A stretch of 64,000 nt of DNA from Lama glama (Eukaryota): contig CM052816.1 in assembly GCA_028534125.1 (NCBI GenBank), positions 17,858,001-17,922,000 on the forward strand. Reading direction: 5' to 3'. Under the pieces are notes generated by a model that searched no databases, was not told the DNA's origin, and saw only the letters and a program-made list of their open reading frames with translations. The position numbers and the translations under genes were made by a program. Numbering within the stretch: position 1 is the first letter of the stretch; every line of letters begins with the position of its first letter. Positions 24,577-38,804 of the stretch are shown here, in pieces.

Positions 24577-27500
24577 TTTTTTTTTTTTGACTGAAGTGTA
24601 GTTGATTTACAATGTGTTAGTTTCAGGTATACAGTAAAGTGATTGAGACAGTCAGATAGACAGAAAGACACACACACACACACTTTTTCAGGTTCTTTTC
24701 CATTATACGTCACTACAAGATATTGAATATAGTTCCCTGTGCTCTACAGTAGATCCTTGTTGTCCTTGTTTAGCTGTTTTATATACAGTAGTGTATATCT
24801 GCTAATCCCATACTCCTACTTTATCCCTCCCTCTCCATTCCTCTTTGGTAAGTGTAAGTTTCTTTCTTTGTCTGTGAGTCTATTTCTGGTGTGTAAATAA
24901 GTTCATTTGTATCGTTTTTTTAAGATTCCACATGTAAGTGACATCAGATAGTATTTGTCTTTCTCTGTCTGACTTACTTCACTTAATAGGATCATCTCTA
25001 GGTCCATCCATATTGCTGCAAATGGCATTGTTTCATTCTTTTTTATAGTTAAGTAATATTCCACCATATATGTATACAATAACTTCTTTATCCAGTCATC
25101 TATCAGTGGACATTTATGCTGCTTCCATGTCTTGGCTATTGCAAATAGTGCTGCCATGAACATTAGGGTGCATGTGTCTTTTCGAGTTAAGAGTTTCTCC
25201 AGATAAATGCCCAGGATTGCTGGGCATTGGATTGCTGGATCACATGGCTGCTCTATTTTCAGTTTTTTAAGGAACCTCCATACTGTTCTCCATAGTGGCT
25301 GCACCAGTTCGCATTGCCACCAACAGTGTAGGATGGTTCCCTTTTTTGCATACCCTCTCCAGCATTTATTATTTGTAGACTTTTTAATGATGGCCATTCT
25401 GACTAGTATGATACCTCATTGTAGTTTTGATTTGTATTTCTCTAATAATAAGTGACATTGAGCATCTTTTCATGTGCCTGTTGGCCATCTGTAAGTCTTC
25501 CTTGGAGAAATGGTTATTTAGGTCTTCTGCCTATTTTTTTAATGGATTATTTTTGATATTAAGCTATATGAGTTGTTTGTGTATTTTGGAAATTAATCCA
25601 TTGTTGCTCACATCATTTGCAAATATTTTCTCCCATTCTATAGGTTATCTTTTATTTATGGTTTCCTTTGCTGTGCAAAACCTTGTAAGTTTAATTAGGT
25701 CCCATTTGTTTATTGTTGCTTTTATTTCTATTACTATAGGAGATGGATCCAAAAAATACTACTGCAATTTATGTCAGAGTGTTCTGCCTGTGTTTTCCCC
25801 TAGGAGTTTTAGAGTATCCGGTCTTACATTTAGGTCTTTAATCCATTTTCAGTTTATTTTTGTGTGTTTTGTATATTGTGTTCGCAAATTTAGCTGTTCA
25901 GTTTCCCTAGCACCACTTATTCAAGAGACTGTCTTTTCTCTATTGTATATTCTTGTCTCCTTTGTTATAGGTTCATTGACCATAAGTGTGTGGGTTTACT
26001 TCTGGACTTTCTATCCTGTTCCATTGATCTTTGTGTCTGTTTTTGTGTGTGTGTGTGTGCTAGTACCATACTGTTTTGATTACTATAGCTTTGTATTATA
26101 GTCTGAAAGTAGGGCACATGATTCCCCAACCTGTTCTTCTTTCTCAAGATTGTTTTGGCTATTTGAGATCCTTTGTGTTTAATATTTTAAATTTAATTTA
26201 ATTTGGTATCTTTAATTTAATATTTTGTGTTCCAGTTCTGTGAAAAATGCCATTGGTAATTTGATAAGGATTGCAGAGAATCCTTGGATAGTATGGTCAT
26301 TTTAACAGTATTGAGTCTTCCTGTTCAAGGACCTGGTGTATCTTTTTCTCTGTGTCATACTAAATTTCTTTCATCAGCATCTTACAGTTTTCAGAGTACA
26401 GGTATTTTTCCTCCTTAGGTAAGTTTATTCCTAGGTATTGTATTCTTTTTGATGCAATGGTAAATGTAATTATTTCTTTAACTTGTTTTTCTGATACTTT
26501 GTTGTTAGTGTACAGAAATGCAACAGATTTCTATATATTAATTTTGTATTCTGCAAGTTTACTGAATTCACTTATCAGCTCTAGTAGTTGTCTGGTAGTG
26601 TCTTTAGGATTTTCTAAAATCGTATCATCTGCAGTGACTGTTTTTCTTCTTCTTTAACAATTTGGGTTCCTTTTATTTCTTTTTCTTCTCTGATTGCTGT
26701 GGTTAGGACCTCCAAAACTATGTTGAATGAAAGTGGTGAGAGTGGGCACCTTTGTCATGTTCTCAAGCTTAGAGGAACTGCTTTCAACTCTTCCCATTGA
26801 GTATGATGTTTATTGGGTCGCTCATATATGGCCTTTATTATGTTGAGGTATGTTCCCTCTCTGCCCACTTTCTGGAGAGTTGGGTTTTTTTTATCATAAA
26901 TGGATGTTGAATCATATCAAAAGATTTTTCTGCATCTGTTGAGATGATCATCTGATTTTTACTCTTTAATTTGTTACTGTGGTGTATCACATTAACAGAT
27001 TTGCAGATTTTGAAATATCCTTGCATCCCTGGGATAAATCCCACTTGATCATGGTGTATGATCCTTTTAATGTATTGTTGGATTCGATTTGCTAGTATTT
27101 TGTTAAGGATTTTTGCATCTATGGTCATAAGTGATATTGGCTTGTGATTTGCTTTTCTTTTCTTTTTTTTTGGTGATATTTTTGTCTCAGTTTAGTATCA
27201 GGGTGATAGTGGCCTCATATAATGAGTTTGGAAGTGTTCCTTACTTTGTAATTTTTTGGAATACATTCAGAAGGATAGGTGTTAACTCTTCTGTAAATGT
27301 TTCATAGAACTCACCTGTGAAGCAGCCTGGTCCTGGACATTTGTATGTTGGGAGTTTTTAAATTACTAATTCAATTTCAGTACTGGTAGTTGGCCTGTTC
27401 ATATTTTCTGTTTCTTTCTGGTTCAGTCTTGGGAGATTGTACCCTTCTAAGAATTTATCCATTTCTTCTAGGTTGTCCATTTTATTGGGGGTATAGTTGC

Positions 27501-30500
27501 TTGTAGTAGCCTCTTATGATCCATTGTATTTCTGTGGTGTAACTTTTTTTTACTTCTGACTTTATTGGTTTGAGCCCTGTCCCTTTTTTTCTTGATGAGT
27601 CTGGCCAAAGGTTTGTAAATTTCATTTGTCTTCAGAGAACCAGCTTTTAGTTTCATTGATCTTTCCTTTTTTTTAAAAGTATCTATTTCGTTTATTTCTG
27701 CTCTGATCTTTCTTTCTTTCCTTCTCCTCACTTTGTGTTTTGTTTAATCTTCTTTCTCTGGTTGCTTTAGGTGTAAGGTTAGGTTGTTTAGTTGAGATTT
27801 TTCTTATTTACTGAGGTGAGCTTGTATCACTATAAAATTACCTCTTAGAACTGCATTTGCTGCATCCCATAGGTTTTGGATTGTCGTATTTTCATTTTGA
27901 CTTGTGTCTAGGTATTTTTTTTAATGTATTCTTTGATTTCTTTTGTGATCCATTGGTTGTTTAGTAGCATATTGGTTAGCCTCCACATGTTTGGGTTTCT
28001 TGCATTTTTTTTTCTTGGTAGTTGATTTCTAATTTCATAGTGTTGTGTTTGGAAAAGATTCCGGATATTATTTCAGTTTTCTTAAATTTACTGAGACTTA
28101 CTTTGTGGCCCAGCATGTGATTTATCTTGAAGAATGTTCTGTGTGCACTTGAAAGGAATGTGTATTCTGTTGCTTTCATATGGAATCCTCTGTAAGTATC
28201 AGTTAAGTCTAATGTGTCATTTAAGGTCTGTTTCCTTATTGATTTCTGTCTGGATGATCTGTCAATCGATGTAAATGGAGTGTTAAAGTCCCACACTATT
28301 ATTGTGTTACTGTCAGTTTCTCCCTTTATGTCTGTTAACATATACCTTATATATTGAGGGGCTCCTGTATTGGGTGCATATATATTTACAGTTATATCTT
28401 CTTGGGTTGATCCCTTGATCATTATGCAGTGTCCTTCTTTGTGTCTTGTAACAGTCTTTATTTTAAAGTTTATGTTGTCTGACGTAAGTATTGCTATTCT
28501 GACTTTCTTTTGATTTTGATTTGTGTACAGTACCTTTTCCATCCCCTTACCTTCAGTCCATATGTCTCTAGATCTGATGTGAGCCTCTTGTAGTCAGCAA
28601 ATATATGAGTCTTATTTTTTGTACCCATTCAGCCAGTCTGTGTCTTTTGATTGGAGCATTGTTTACATTTAAGGCAATTATTGATATATATGTTCTTACT
28701 GCCATTTTGTTAATAGATTTGGATTTGTTTTAGTATGTCTTTTTTTCCCCCTTCTTGTTTCTTTTCTTTTGATTTGGTGACTCTCTTTAGTGTTATGTTT
28801 AGATTCCTTTTTCTTTTTTGTTTGTTCATCTATTACAGATTTTTGGTTTGTGGTCACCAAGAGGTTTTTGTATAGCAGTCTGTGATTGTTTTAAGTTACT
28901 GATCTGTTAATTTAAATGCATTTTAAATACCCTGCATTGGTACTTTCCTCCTCTCACGATTACTGTTTTTTGATAGCATTTTTTACTTCTAATTGTTTTA
29001 TCTCTTAATTGATTATTGTGGACAGATGGGTTTACTATTTTTGTCTTTTAACCTCCTTACCAGTTGGTGTGTGGATGGTTTCCTACCTTTACTATATGTT
29101 TGCCTTTACCAGTAAGCTTTCCCCCAAATTTTGTAATTTTCTTGTTTCTAGATGTGGCCTTTTCTTTTCCACCTAAAGAAGTTCCTTAGCATTTGTTGTA
29201 AAGCTAGTTTGGTGGTGCTGAAGTCTTTTAGCTTTTGCTTATCTGTAGAGCTTTTCATTTCTCTGTCAGATCTGAATGAGAGCATTGCTGAGCAGAATAT
29301 TCTTGGTTCTAGGTTTTTCCCTTTCATCACTTTAAATATATCATGCCACTCCATTTTGGCCTGTAGAGTTTCTGCTGGAAAATCAGAAAACTCTCATAGG
29401 GTTAATCCTGTATGGGACACTCTGTGCTTCCTGTACTCGAGTGATTATTTCCTTCTCCCTGGTTAGGGAAGTTTTCAGCTATTATCTCTTGGAATAAGTC
29501 TTTTTCAAAGCCCTTTCTCTCTCTCTCTTTTCCTTCTAGGACCCTTATAATGCAAATATTAGTATGTTTGATGTTGTCCCGAAGATCTCTTAACTCTCCT
29601 GATTTCTTTTCATTTTTTTCTGTTCTGCAGCAGTCATTTCCACTACTCTGTCTTATAGCTCTCTGATCCATTCTTCTGCCTCATTTAGTGTACGACTGAT
29701 TCCTTCTAGTGTATTTTTCATTTCAGTTATTGTATTCTTCAACTCTGATTGTTCTTTGTATTTTCTTCTTTTCTTTGTTAAAAACTTCTAACTTCTCACT
29801 CTGTGCATCCACTCTTCTCCTGAGATCTTTTATCTTTCTGATCATTATTCTGAACTCTTTCTCAGGTGGACTGCCTACCTCCATGTCACTTACTACTTCT
29901 TCTGGGATTTTATTTTGTTCCTTTGTCTGAAACATATTCCTCTGCTACTTCATTTTGTTTAAATTTCAATTTGTATTTTTATATACGTAGTAGGTTAGTT
30001 ATGTTTCTCAACCTTGGAGAAGTAGCCATCTGTAAGAGACGTCCTCTGTGTCCCAGCAGTGCACTCCCCTCTCATCACCCTTTTGGGGTAGGGTGTAGCC
30101 TGCATTTGCAGACCTGTTTGGCTGGCCGCAGGATCATAGTTTTCTTGCTTTTGGTATCTGCCCCCTGGTGGGTAGGGCTGGTCTAGAGGTTTGTGCAGGC
30201 TTCCTGTGGTAGGGGCAGGTGCCTGGCCACTGATGGTTGTGGCTGGGTCTTGGCCCTTGGTGGGGCCAAGTCTAGGGGCACATCTAGAGGCAGCTGTGGG
30301 CTCAGGAATTCTTTACGATTCTGTCTGCTGATGGGTGGGGGTGTGTCCCCTCCCAGTTAGTTATTTGACCTGAGGTGTCCCAGGCTGTTGAGTGGGACCA
30401 GGTCTTGGAGCTGATGACCGAAACAAGATGTTAGCTTCCAGGAGAGTTCATGCAGATGACTTCTCCCCAATATGTCTGACACCAATTTCTGTGTCCACAG

Positions 30501-30904
30501 TGTGAGCCACAGCCATCCCCCTCCCCCGGAAGAACCTCCAAAACCAGCAAGTAGGTCTGGCCCAGGCTATTATGAAATTGCTACTTTTGCCTTTGGTCCC
30601 AGTGAGTATGAGATTTTGTGTGCATTCCTTAAGAGTCAAGTCTCTATTTCCCCCAGTCCTATGGAACTCCAGCAATTAAGCCCCATTGGCCTTCAAAGCA
30701 AATACTCTAGGGGCTCTTCTTTGTGGTGCCAGACTTCCTGTCTGGGGAGCCTGATGTGGGGCTCAGAACTCTAACTCCTGTGGGAGGACCTCTGCAACAG
30801 AATTATTCTCCAGTTCGGGGGTCACCTGCCCAGGGGTTATGGGATTTGATTATATCACAAGTCCACCCCTTTTACCCATCTTTTTGTGGTTCCCTCTTTA
30901 TCCA
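24577..30904 (-). mobile_element. Near-full-length decayed L1 (~6.3 kb): 5'UTR, ORF1, ORF2 (EN, RT, Cys), 3'UTR, poly(A)
   Basis: Minus-strand fragments of ORF1 (29723..29935, 29402..29671, 29148..29354), endonuclease (27976..28542; NIYAPN), RT (26838..27128; [13 protein letters not shown]) and C-terminus (24903..25397). T-tail at 24577; TSD-like tgctggtcacttt / tgccagtcacttt. Confidence 0.96.
24903..28705 (-). pseudogene. L1 ORF2 (endonuclease/reverse transcriptase), broken by stops and frameshifts
   Basis: ATG at 28705 (MAVRTYISIIALNVN...); split across many short ORFs. Confidence 0.9.
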
Positions 30905-31849
30905 TGCCAGTCACTTTCTTTCTTAATCTCCTCACCATATTTATGCTTGGTACTTACATGGTGACCAGAGCAGTGTTTTCACTTAGCTCAGAATATTCAG
31001 ATTACTTTCTTTGTGCCTTCTGCAAATACATACCAGTGCCTACTTTTGACGAGACACTCTGCCAGGAACTGAGGGTCAAATACAGATGTGACTGTTAGAG
31101 AATCCTTGCAGCACTGGCTCAGAGTCCAGAAAAGATGACAGGTTGTGACACAGCATAGAAAAGCAGAAGCGGAATTCTAAATATAGGGCTCTGGGGATAC
31201 CCCATGAGGGGACAGACCAGTCTTCGTGGGTGGGTACAGAGAGGATTCCATAGATGAACACATATTTCAATGGAGCCTGCTCTCCAGAAAAGAAGATTCT
31301 GGGAGAGAAATCAGCTCAGGTCTTTGTCGTTAAAATTCCACCAATTCAGTGAAAGGAAAACATTGTCCTTTTACAAATAAGGAGAGGGGAGACTGAACAC
31401 CAGGCAAGGACCATGTCTTAATCAAATCTGCATCCCCAGAGTGTCTGACTCAGGGAGTGCTGGAATTGAATTTAGACCTGCCCAAGGTCACAAGGCAGGA
31501 TGGAGAGCAGCACACAGATCGTGTTGATTAAAAAATCCACGTTTAGGGACTATTTTTTCCCTTTGGATTAAAAAGACAAATGTTAGCATGTGGCATTAGA
31601 ACTGAAGGAGAGGTGCAAAGTATTCTGAGTCACACAAGTCACAGGCCTCTTGAGGTCCTATCACTGGAACTTTTTCCCACCTCGCGGTTACCACTCTGCC
31701 TTGCATTTGTTCATTCATTTGTTCTTTTATTCAACAAACCTGAACCACCACCTGTGTGGGTTCCACCTTGAGCTCAGTGCTGGGGACAGAACTGAGTGAG
31801 AGAGACACAGGGAGCACACGACTTCAGGAGACAAATCAGGAAAAAAGCT

Positions 31850-34300
31850 TAATTTTTCAAAGAGTTGTGCATTCACATCACAGTACAACCAGAAAGTATT
31901 AAAAGGAATACAGGAATTCTTTCCATTACTGTCCCACCTCCCTGCAAAACAGAGGTCATTATTATTAGCTGTCTGCATGTCTTTGAAGAGGGTCTTGCTG
32001 CATACAGAAGCAAACACAAATACAAATTCTTACTTCCCCTATCTTTAATAGAGATGGTAGCATATGATACACACTGTTCTGCACTTTGCTTTTTTTAACC
32101 TCATATATCTTAGAGATCCTTACATATCATACAAATAGCTGTGAAGTTTTCCACTGGGCAGATGTACTATAATGGATTTAACCAAGGACACTGGAATCAT
32201 TTCCAGCCTTTTGCTATTTCAAATACTGCTATAAGAGATAGCTCTATATATGTTGTTTCAAATGCATGAATGTTTATATTTGTAGATTAAGTCCTAGAGT
32301 GTAATTCTGGAGTCAAAACATCTAGCAACCTTTCTGAATCACTTTGTAGCTGTTATGTCTCTTATAATCTGTATGCAGTTAGATTTTTCCAAGACCCAAT
32401 TTGAAAATAAAATTTTATTCTTTTAAAGGATGAATTTTAACCCATTTAGATGTATTGATATAAAAATTATGTTTGGTCCTATCAGCTCTGTTATTTGTTT
32501 TCCTTTCTACTGTGTGCTCTATTTCCTTTGTGTAGGGGAGGGCATGTGTGTGTATAATTCTTCTGATATTCAGGAATGGTCTCTCTTTCAAAGGCAATAA
32601 AGTAAATATTCTCTGTTCACTTCCTTTTTTTCTCTTTCCTTCCCTTTCTTCTATCACTTAATAATAGTTAATATAATTATTCTCTTAGAGCTTACCTTTG
32701 TTCTGTAAAATATATTCAATCTTCTGTTACTTGATTTGTCATCTTTTGATGTTTTATGACCCTAAGAGGCAACCAGCAAGTTTGGTCTGCCTTGTATCAT
32801 TTTCCCCTTCACCTCCTTTTTTTTTTTGTATCATTTATTCATTATCAGGGCATGTATCATTGCATTCTTATCTGTCACTCTAATTTACAGGTTTGTTCAT
32901 TCCTAAATATGTGTATTTCCCAAGTCATCTCCATGGGTGGGTCCAATGAGCCCCCTCATAGCCCCTCTGAAGGGCTCAGGAGAACAGTATTTCCCGAGTC
33001 ACTGCAGGTTCAAAACTGGTTTTCTGTATATTTGTTATTGGAAGGTAAGCCCAGGTGGATAGAAAAGCCTTGGTTCCACTTTGTTTTCTTGACTTCCTTA
33101 CACATATTGCTCTACTGGATTCTGGCTTTGGATATTGCTGTTCTGAAATCTGAGGGTTGCCTTCTTTTTTCTCTCATAAGTTACTTGGCTATCTTTTCTG
33201 CTACTAAGTCCCCTCTTCTTTATTTTTGCAAGCCAGTAACTTCATTAGGATAGATCTTAGTAGCGACGATTCTAGGTCAGTTTTCCCTGGCGAATCCTGT
33301 GCCTTTTCAATATGTAGGTTCAGTTCTTCTTTTATTTCAGGAATGGTTTAACAAATTGTATTTGAAACATATGTCCCATTTCTTTTGTTTCTTCAGAGGC
33401 TCCAATTATGCACATGTAGGATTTCCTCTGCCTCCTCTCTATGGCTGTCATCTTCTCTCAAATCATTTGTAATTCCTTATTTCCTTTCCATGTTGTTCAC
33501 TCTTCTCACTCTGGCATCTTCTCTCTTACTGGGTTTCCCATAGTTCTGTCCTCAATTGTGTTTCCTCCAGTTCGGGTTAATTTTTGTGATGATTTTGGTT
33601 TTCCTTTCTACTTCTTCCCTGGAACCTAAATGCTCACGTGCTGTCTCCTCTGTTGTCTCTTCATCTCTTCTCTGAGTTTTCTGTGTACTACTTTATTGTC
33701 TTCCTTCATAAGTGACTGTTCTATCTTAATTTGTGGTGTTATACTCGGTCTGTATTTTCACCTTCTCCATTTTTCTGCTGAATATTTTGTGGTGAGTTTT
33801 ATTTTGCTGCTCTTTTCCATAATTTAGATAGATACGATATCAATATGACATCTTTTTAAAAAACATATTATTGGAATAAGTTAGACTTTAATGGCCTACC
33901 TATTCAAAATGGAGTCCTGTGGATGGAGGGGGGAAACCCGTTCAGTTTTGTAGCCATCACAGTCCAAAAGCACTCTGCTTCAGTGAGTCACCAGTGACAG
34001 ATGGCTTCCTGCTAAAATGGCTGCTCTGTGTTGTCAGTCTTCTCCATTTCTCTGAAACAGATCAGGCCCAAGTAGGTTTTTATCATTAGCTGTCTCTGTT
34101 TCTCCTGCTGTCTCAAAGGTGCACCTTGGAGTGCCTCTTGCCTATAAGGAGTAACAATTCTGTGAGCATTTTCTGAGACGTGCCCCTAGGCCACTGCACT
34201 TTCCCTGCTTTCTTATTGGTTTCTCTGCCTGTGTAGCTTGTGCCCCGTTCTTTCCTCAGATGCCTTAGTTGAACAGGATGCTGAACAGGAAATGTTGGTC
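31850..34300. mobile_element. Very old L1-derived relics (L1M-type)
   Basis: T-rich, with degenerate antisense L1 ORF1/3' motifs; boundaries uncertain. Confidence 0.45.
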
Positions 34301-37134
34301 TGTCACTTCAGGAGGAGTCCTTCACCCATCAGACACATATCTGTGGTACTTTTTTATTGGTCCACCTGGACATTTTACTTCCACCCAGGTGGCTTCCGCT
34401 GTTGTTCAAAGCTAGGGATCATACCTCGGTTCTAGTTTTACTGGAAACGGAATTTCTATCTTTCCTGTTTACGCTGTTGATTATATGTGGTACTCAGGAA
34501 GACGGAAACTGCCTTGTCAGATACTAGATCGCTAAACAGGGAATTTTGATCAAATATAGACGTGTTTCTAGAAATAGTAATAGCTCCTGTTTCACCTTTG
34601 TGCCGGTCACGAGGTCCTCTCTGAGCCCAGAGGAGGTCTCTTGAGACTTGGATACCATCTTCTTTTATGTCAAGCCACTACACCCATTCATGCCCTAAGG
34701 TCAAGGGTGGATGCAAATTTAGAGTGAGTTGCACAACCCGAAGGGTGAGAATAGTGAGTCAAACGTTGGACCTAGCAGGATTTGGAAGATCTTAAGACAC
34801 TTTATGGTCTCAGGAGGCAGCTCTTCCTTAGACACTGCTTTGCTTACCCTGATCTATCACTTTGTCCATGAGAAGCATGAGAGTGAAGATGCCAGGCTAT
34901 GGCTGCTCCAGGCATCTCCAGGATTATTCTGTTCCAGCCTCTGTTCCAGTTGGGGGTTTTCGACTCCAGCTCCAACCTCTCCCCTCTATCGGAGACTCCA
35001 GCACCCTGGAGGGACTGCTGGGCCTTTGTCACAAGAAGGGAGTGGTGCTACCATCCTTCCAACCACTGTCACTCTTGACCAGGATGGGGAGAAGCTGTGG
35101 TGAGGAACTGAGAGGAGCTCATGGTTTTCTGCATTTGGGCTAAATCCACTCCCGGTTCCCAACCTAATCTGTGAATGAAAGTGTGTCGACATCCCCCTCT
35201 CACCTGCAAATTAAAGAGGCCACCCCAGGTTCTGTACATATACCGGGCCATTAGGATCAGATCTCCATCCCAAGCTTGGCAGTCAAGGTCTTTGACGAAT
35301 CCTTTATGGCATCCTGTCCCATTAAATAACAGTAAAGTTTATTTTATGTTTCAAGGAAAAAACATACATGCAGGTATTGGTGCTTTAGGTATTGAAAAAC
35401 ACAGAAACTGAAATTACATTTAATAATGCCCAGATTTGGACACTGAATTTGAACAGATTAAATTGGACACAAATCACCAGTTAGGAATGGAGACTCATAT
35501 GTACCTTCAAAATATGTTTTCTGTTACTGTAACCTCATGCAGATATAGGCTTGGGCATCAGTCCTGGAATAGTCAAGTGTTAACTAGTCAGAAAACAGTC
35601 TTTGGAATGTATGTAAGCATTTATGTAATGTGTAATATAATGGAGTATCCTTAAGCAAATATACAGAAGATTTTATATATACATACACATCTATATATGT
35701 TTGGTTTTTATATATGTTTATGATTTAGAATTAGAGCTAATCAGGCTAAAGCTGGTGTGTTTAATTTGAGCAGAGCTAATTTAAATATAAATCAGCTGTA
35801 AAAATCAAACAGTCACTTCATTCAAATTCGCTTCCTCATAATTTCTAAGACCTGCCTGGAATGTCTTCTCCTTTTCAAAGTCCTCCCTGCACAGGCGTCT
35901 CCGCTCAAGTCTGCCTCCCCTGACTGTCATCAGCCATTTGTGCTCCTATATTAACAAAACACTAAGTGACTTGCAGACACGGAGCCTGCCTCTCTGCAGT
36001 GGGATGACCCATGCAGGCACTGGCACCACCAACCCTGCCCCTTTGCCAGGGCTCTGCCCACCCGTGGTGCTCTCAGAAGTCCAGGTGGAGGCTACATCCC
36101 ATACCTTGTCCTAAAGCACCTGCCACTGCTATTTTAGGTGAGAACAGGAGTTGTCATCTCTCCAATTTAGTCTTTATTAGTTGAGGACCTAGGAAGTCTG
36201 GTTGGCTATGAAATCCTTCAGTAAATCTGCGGGTTGTGATGCTGTTTCCCGCAGCACTGCTGCTTATCTATTCTAGGTTTCCCATGTAGGGAAGTGCTTA
36301 CCCACTGCCTGGGAAACACAAGTAACACCAAAGTTTGCATTTGTAACCAATATTTTGTGTACTCAGTATTTTTTTTTTTTTTACCCTGGAGTGTGGAAAA
36401 TCTGTGGATTTTTTCAGCAGCTTTAAAAGCTCATTTCATCGAGCTAACCTCCCTGCTCTTAGATTATTCAGGGGGAGAAATAATATGACTCCACTAATGC
36501 ACATTTACAAATGTTGCACAAATTCTAAATGTGTTTCTTTTTCCAGATGAAGGATTATCATTAGAATCAAGAGAAACATTAAGGTCTCCTGAAATCAGGT
36601 TGCTAAGAATAGTCTTAATGGGTTTATTAGGGAAATTTATCCATCTTTTCTTGTAGGTTGTACCGTTAATTACTTTAACTCATCTTCCTCCCAGTTTAAT
36701 GTCAGTATTTTAAGCTCTTTCAAAGACTGCTTTTTCAGAAGGACTTTACTAGCGAGCTCCTGTGTAATGGGGCCCTAATTCCTTTGCTCATGCCTGCTTT
36801 TACATAAAATGATGCATTCTCTAAGGATAAGAGAACATGCATATATACTGATGTTTTAGGCATTGAAAAGCAAAAACTGGAATTACATGTAATAACACAA
36901 TTTAATTTGAGCAGGCATAACCTGGCTCAAATCTTTGTTAGATGATCTCCAATTAGAAATGGGGATTCACCTTGTATATGCTTTAAAAATCCCATCATGA
37001 AGCCTGGATTGTGTTCTCTGTCACTAAAACTGCTGTAGCCGGGAGCTTACCTCAGCTTCCCAAGGGTAAGTGGTACCAGCCCTTGAAACTTCTCAGAAGA
37101 GAACCAGCTGCCTGCTGGTTTTTGAAAGTTTCAT

Positions 37135-37305
37135 CTTCTCATGAAATCCTTACCACAATCCCATGAGGTTGATACTGTTGATATTCCATTTTATAGACGA
37201 AAAGCCAGAAGCTTGGAGAACAGTGACGTAAGTGGAAAACCACCACTTGTAACCCTGGGAGCTGGTGTTCAAACCCAGAAACCTGCACTCTTAACTGCAG
37301 CGCCA
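37135..37305 (-). mobile_element. MIR relic
   Basis: aatccttaccacaatcccatgagg...ccattttatagacgaaaagccagaagcttggaga...gttcaaacccag. Confidence 0.7.
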
Positions 37306-37371
37306 GCCTCCTGTTTGTAATCAAGACAGAGGGTGCAGTTCTGCCCATAAACTCAAGTGTGTAATCTTAAC

Positions 37372-38000
37372 TTTTTTTACTGAAGTATAGTCAGTTGATT
37401 GACAACATTGTGTTAATTTCTGGTGTACAGCAAAGTGATTCAGATATATATATAGATATTCTTTTCTGTTATGGTGTATTACAGGATATTGAATATAGTT
37501 CCCTGTGTTGAATAGTAAATCCATGTTGTTTATCTATTTATATATAGCTGCTTGTCTCTACTAATCCCAAACTCCTAACTTTTCCTTCCCCCATTCCCCC
37601 TCCCCTTTGGGGAAAATAAGTTTGTTTTCTATGTCTGTGAATCTGTCTCTGTTTTGTAAATAAGTTCACTTGTGTCATAATTTAGATTCCACATATAAGT
37701 GGTATCAGATAGTATTTGTCTTTCTCTGTCTGACTCACTTCACTTAGTATGATAATCTCTAGGTCCATTCATGTTGCTGCAAATGGCAATATTTCATTCT
37801 TTTTATGACTGAGTAGTATTCCATTGTGTAAATATACAACTTCTTTATCCAGTCATCTGTTGATGGATGTTTAGGTTGCTTCCATGCCTTGGCGACTGTA
37901 AACAGTGCTACTGTGAACACTGGGATACATGTATCTTTTCACATTGGAGTTTTCTCCAGATTTATGCCCAGGAGTGGGATTTTTGTATCATATGATGACT
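37372..38000 (-). mobile_element. 5'-truncated L1 3' end
   Basis: Same 3'UTR type as the 24577 element (actgaagtatagt...ttagattccacatataagtg...gttgcttccatg). Confidence 0.9.
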
Positions 38001-38804
38001 CCTCAGCATTCCTCCACACCCCCACCCCCAGCACTGGGGCACTTGCTGTGTACTGGATATTCCCTACTGGGAAGAAGAGGCTACCTGTGCCTGAAGGCCA
38101 CCAGCAGCATGAGGCTACCAGGGTAGAAGGAAGAGGTTGGATCCTGGGCTAGGCAGTTCAGGAAGGTATTCTTGTGTTTGCTCCATTCCAGGCTCTGCCC
38201 AGCATCTAATTCTGCCCTGAAGACAGCTCAGCTGGACCTTTTACAGAATGTGCTAACTGCAAACACTCTGAGCGCATCGATCCAGGGCTGCTCTGATTAA
38301 GTAATTATGCACAGCAGCACCTAGGAGGGCTGAAGAAGATGAGCTGGAAAGGGCCAGCACCAGGTCTCCATTTCCAAGAGGCCTTCTGGCCTGCTCCAGA
38401 GAGAATCCAGTCCGGCCCAACACTTTAATTACCTTCAGAGGCACTCAAGTTTAAATTACATTCTCATTGTTTTCGTATTAGATTCTGCCTGAGCCCTGAG
38501 CTAAGCGCTGGTGAGGCAAAGGTCTGGGACAGAGGGTCTGTATGATTGGGGGGTCGTTTTCTCCTTTGATTCTTTAGCTGCAAGATTTCATGAGTTACAA
38601 GAACCAAACAGTAATTGGTTCCCGAGCAGAGGTTTACAGCTTGAGTGTCAGATTTGCCATTTTCAAACATCCCCAATGAGGGGTTCAAATGTGGCTTCAG
38701 TTAGGAGTTGTAACACAGAGATACACTCACACACACTCTTTGTTAGATATTAACACTCTGAAAAAAGAATTTCACCTCTTATTTTTACATCATCTTCTAG
38801 AAAG

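Noticed and set aside
25427..26101. 224-aa hydrophobic + strand ORF resembling a membrane protein
   Set aside because: It is the antisense frame of L1 ORF2; T-richness produces Phe/Leu/Ile runs.
24577..30904. L1 as an active, autonomous element or an antisense promoter for a short SPOCK1 isoform
   Set aside because: Both ORFs are heavily disrupted and the 5'UTR is CpG-depleted; nothing in the sequence supports promoter activity.
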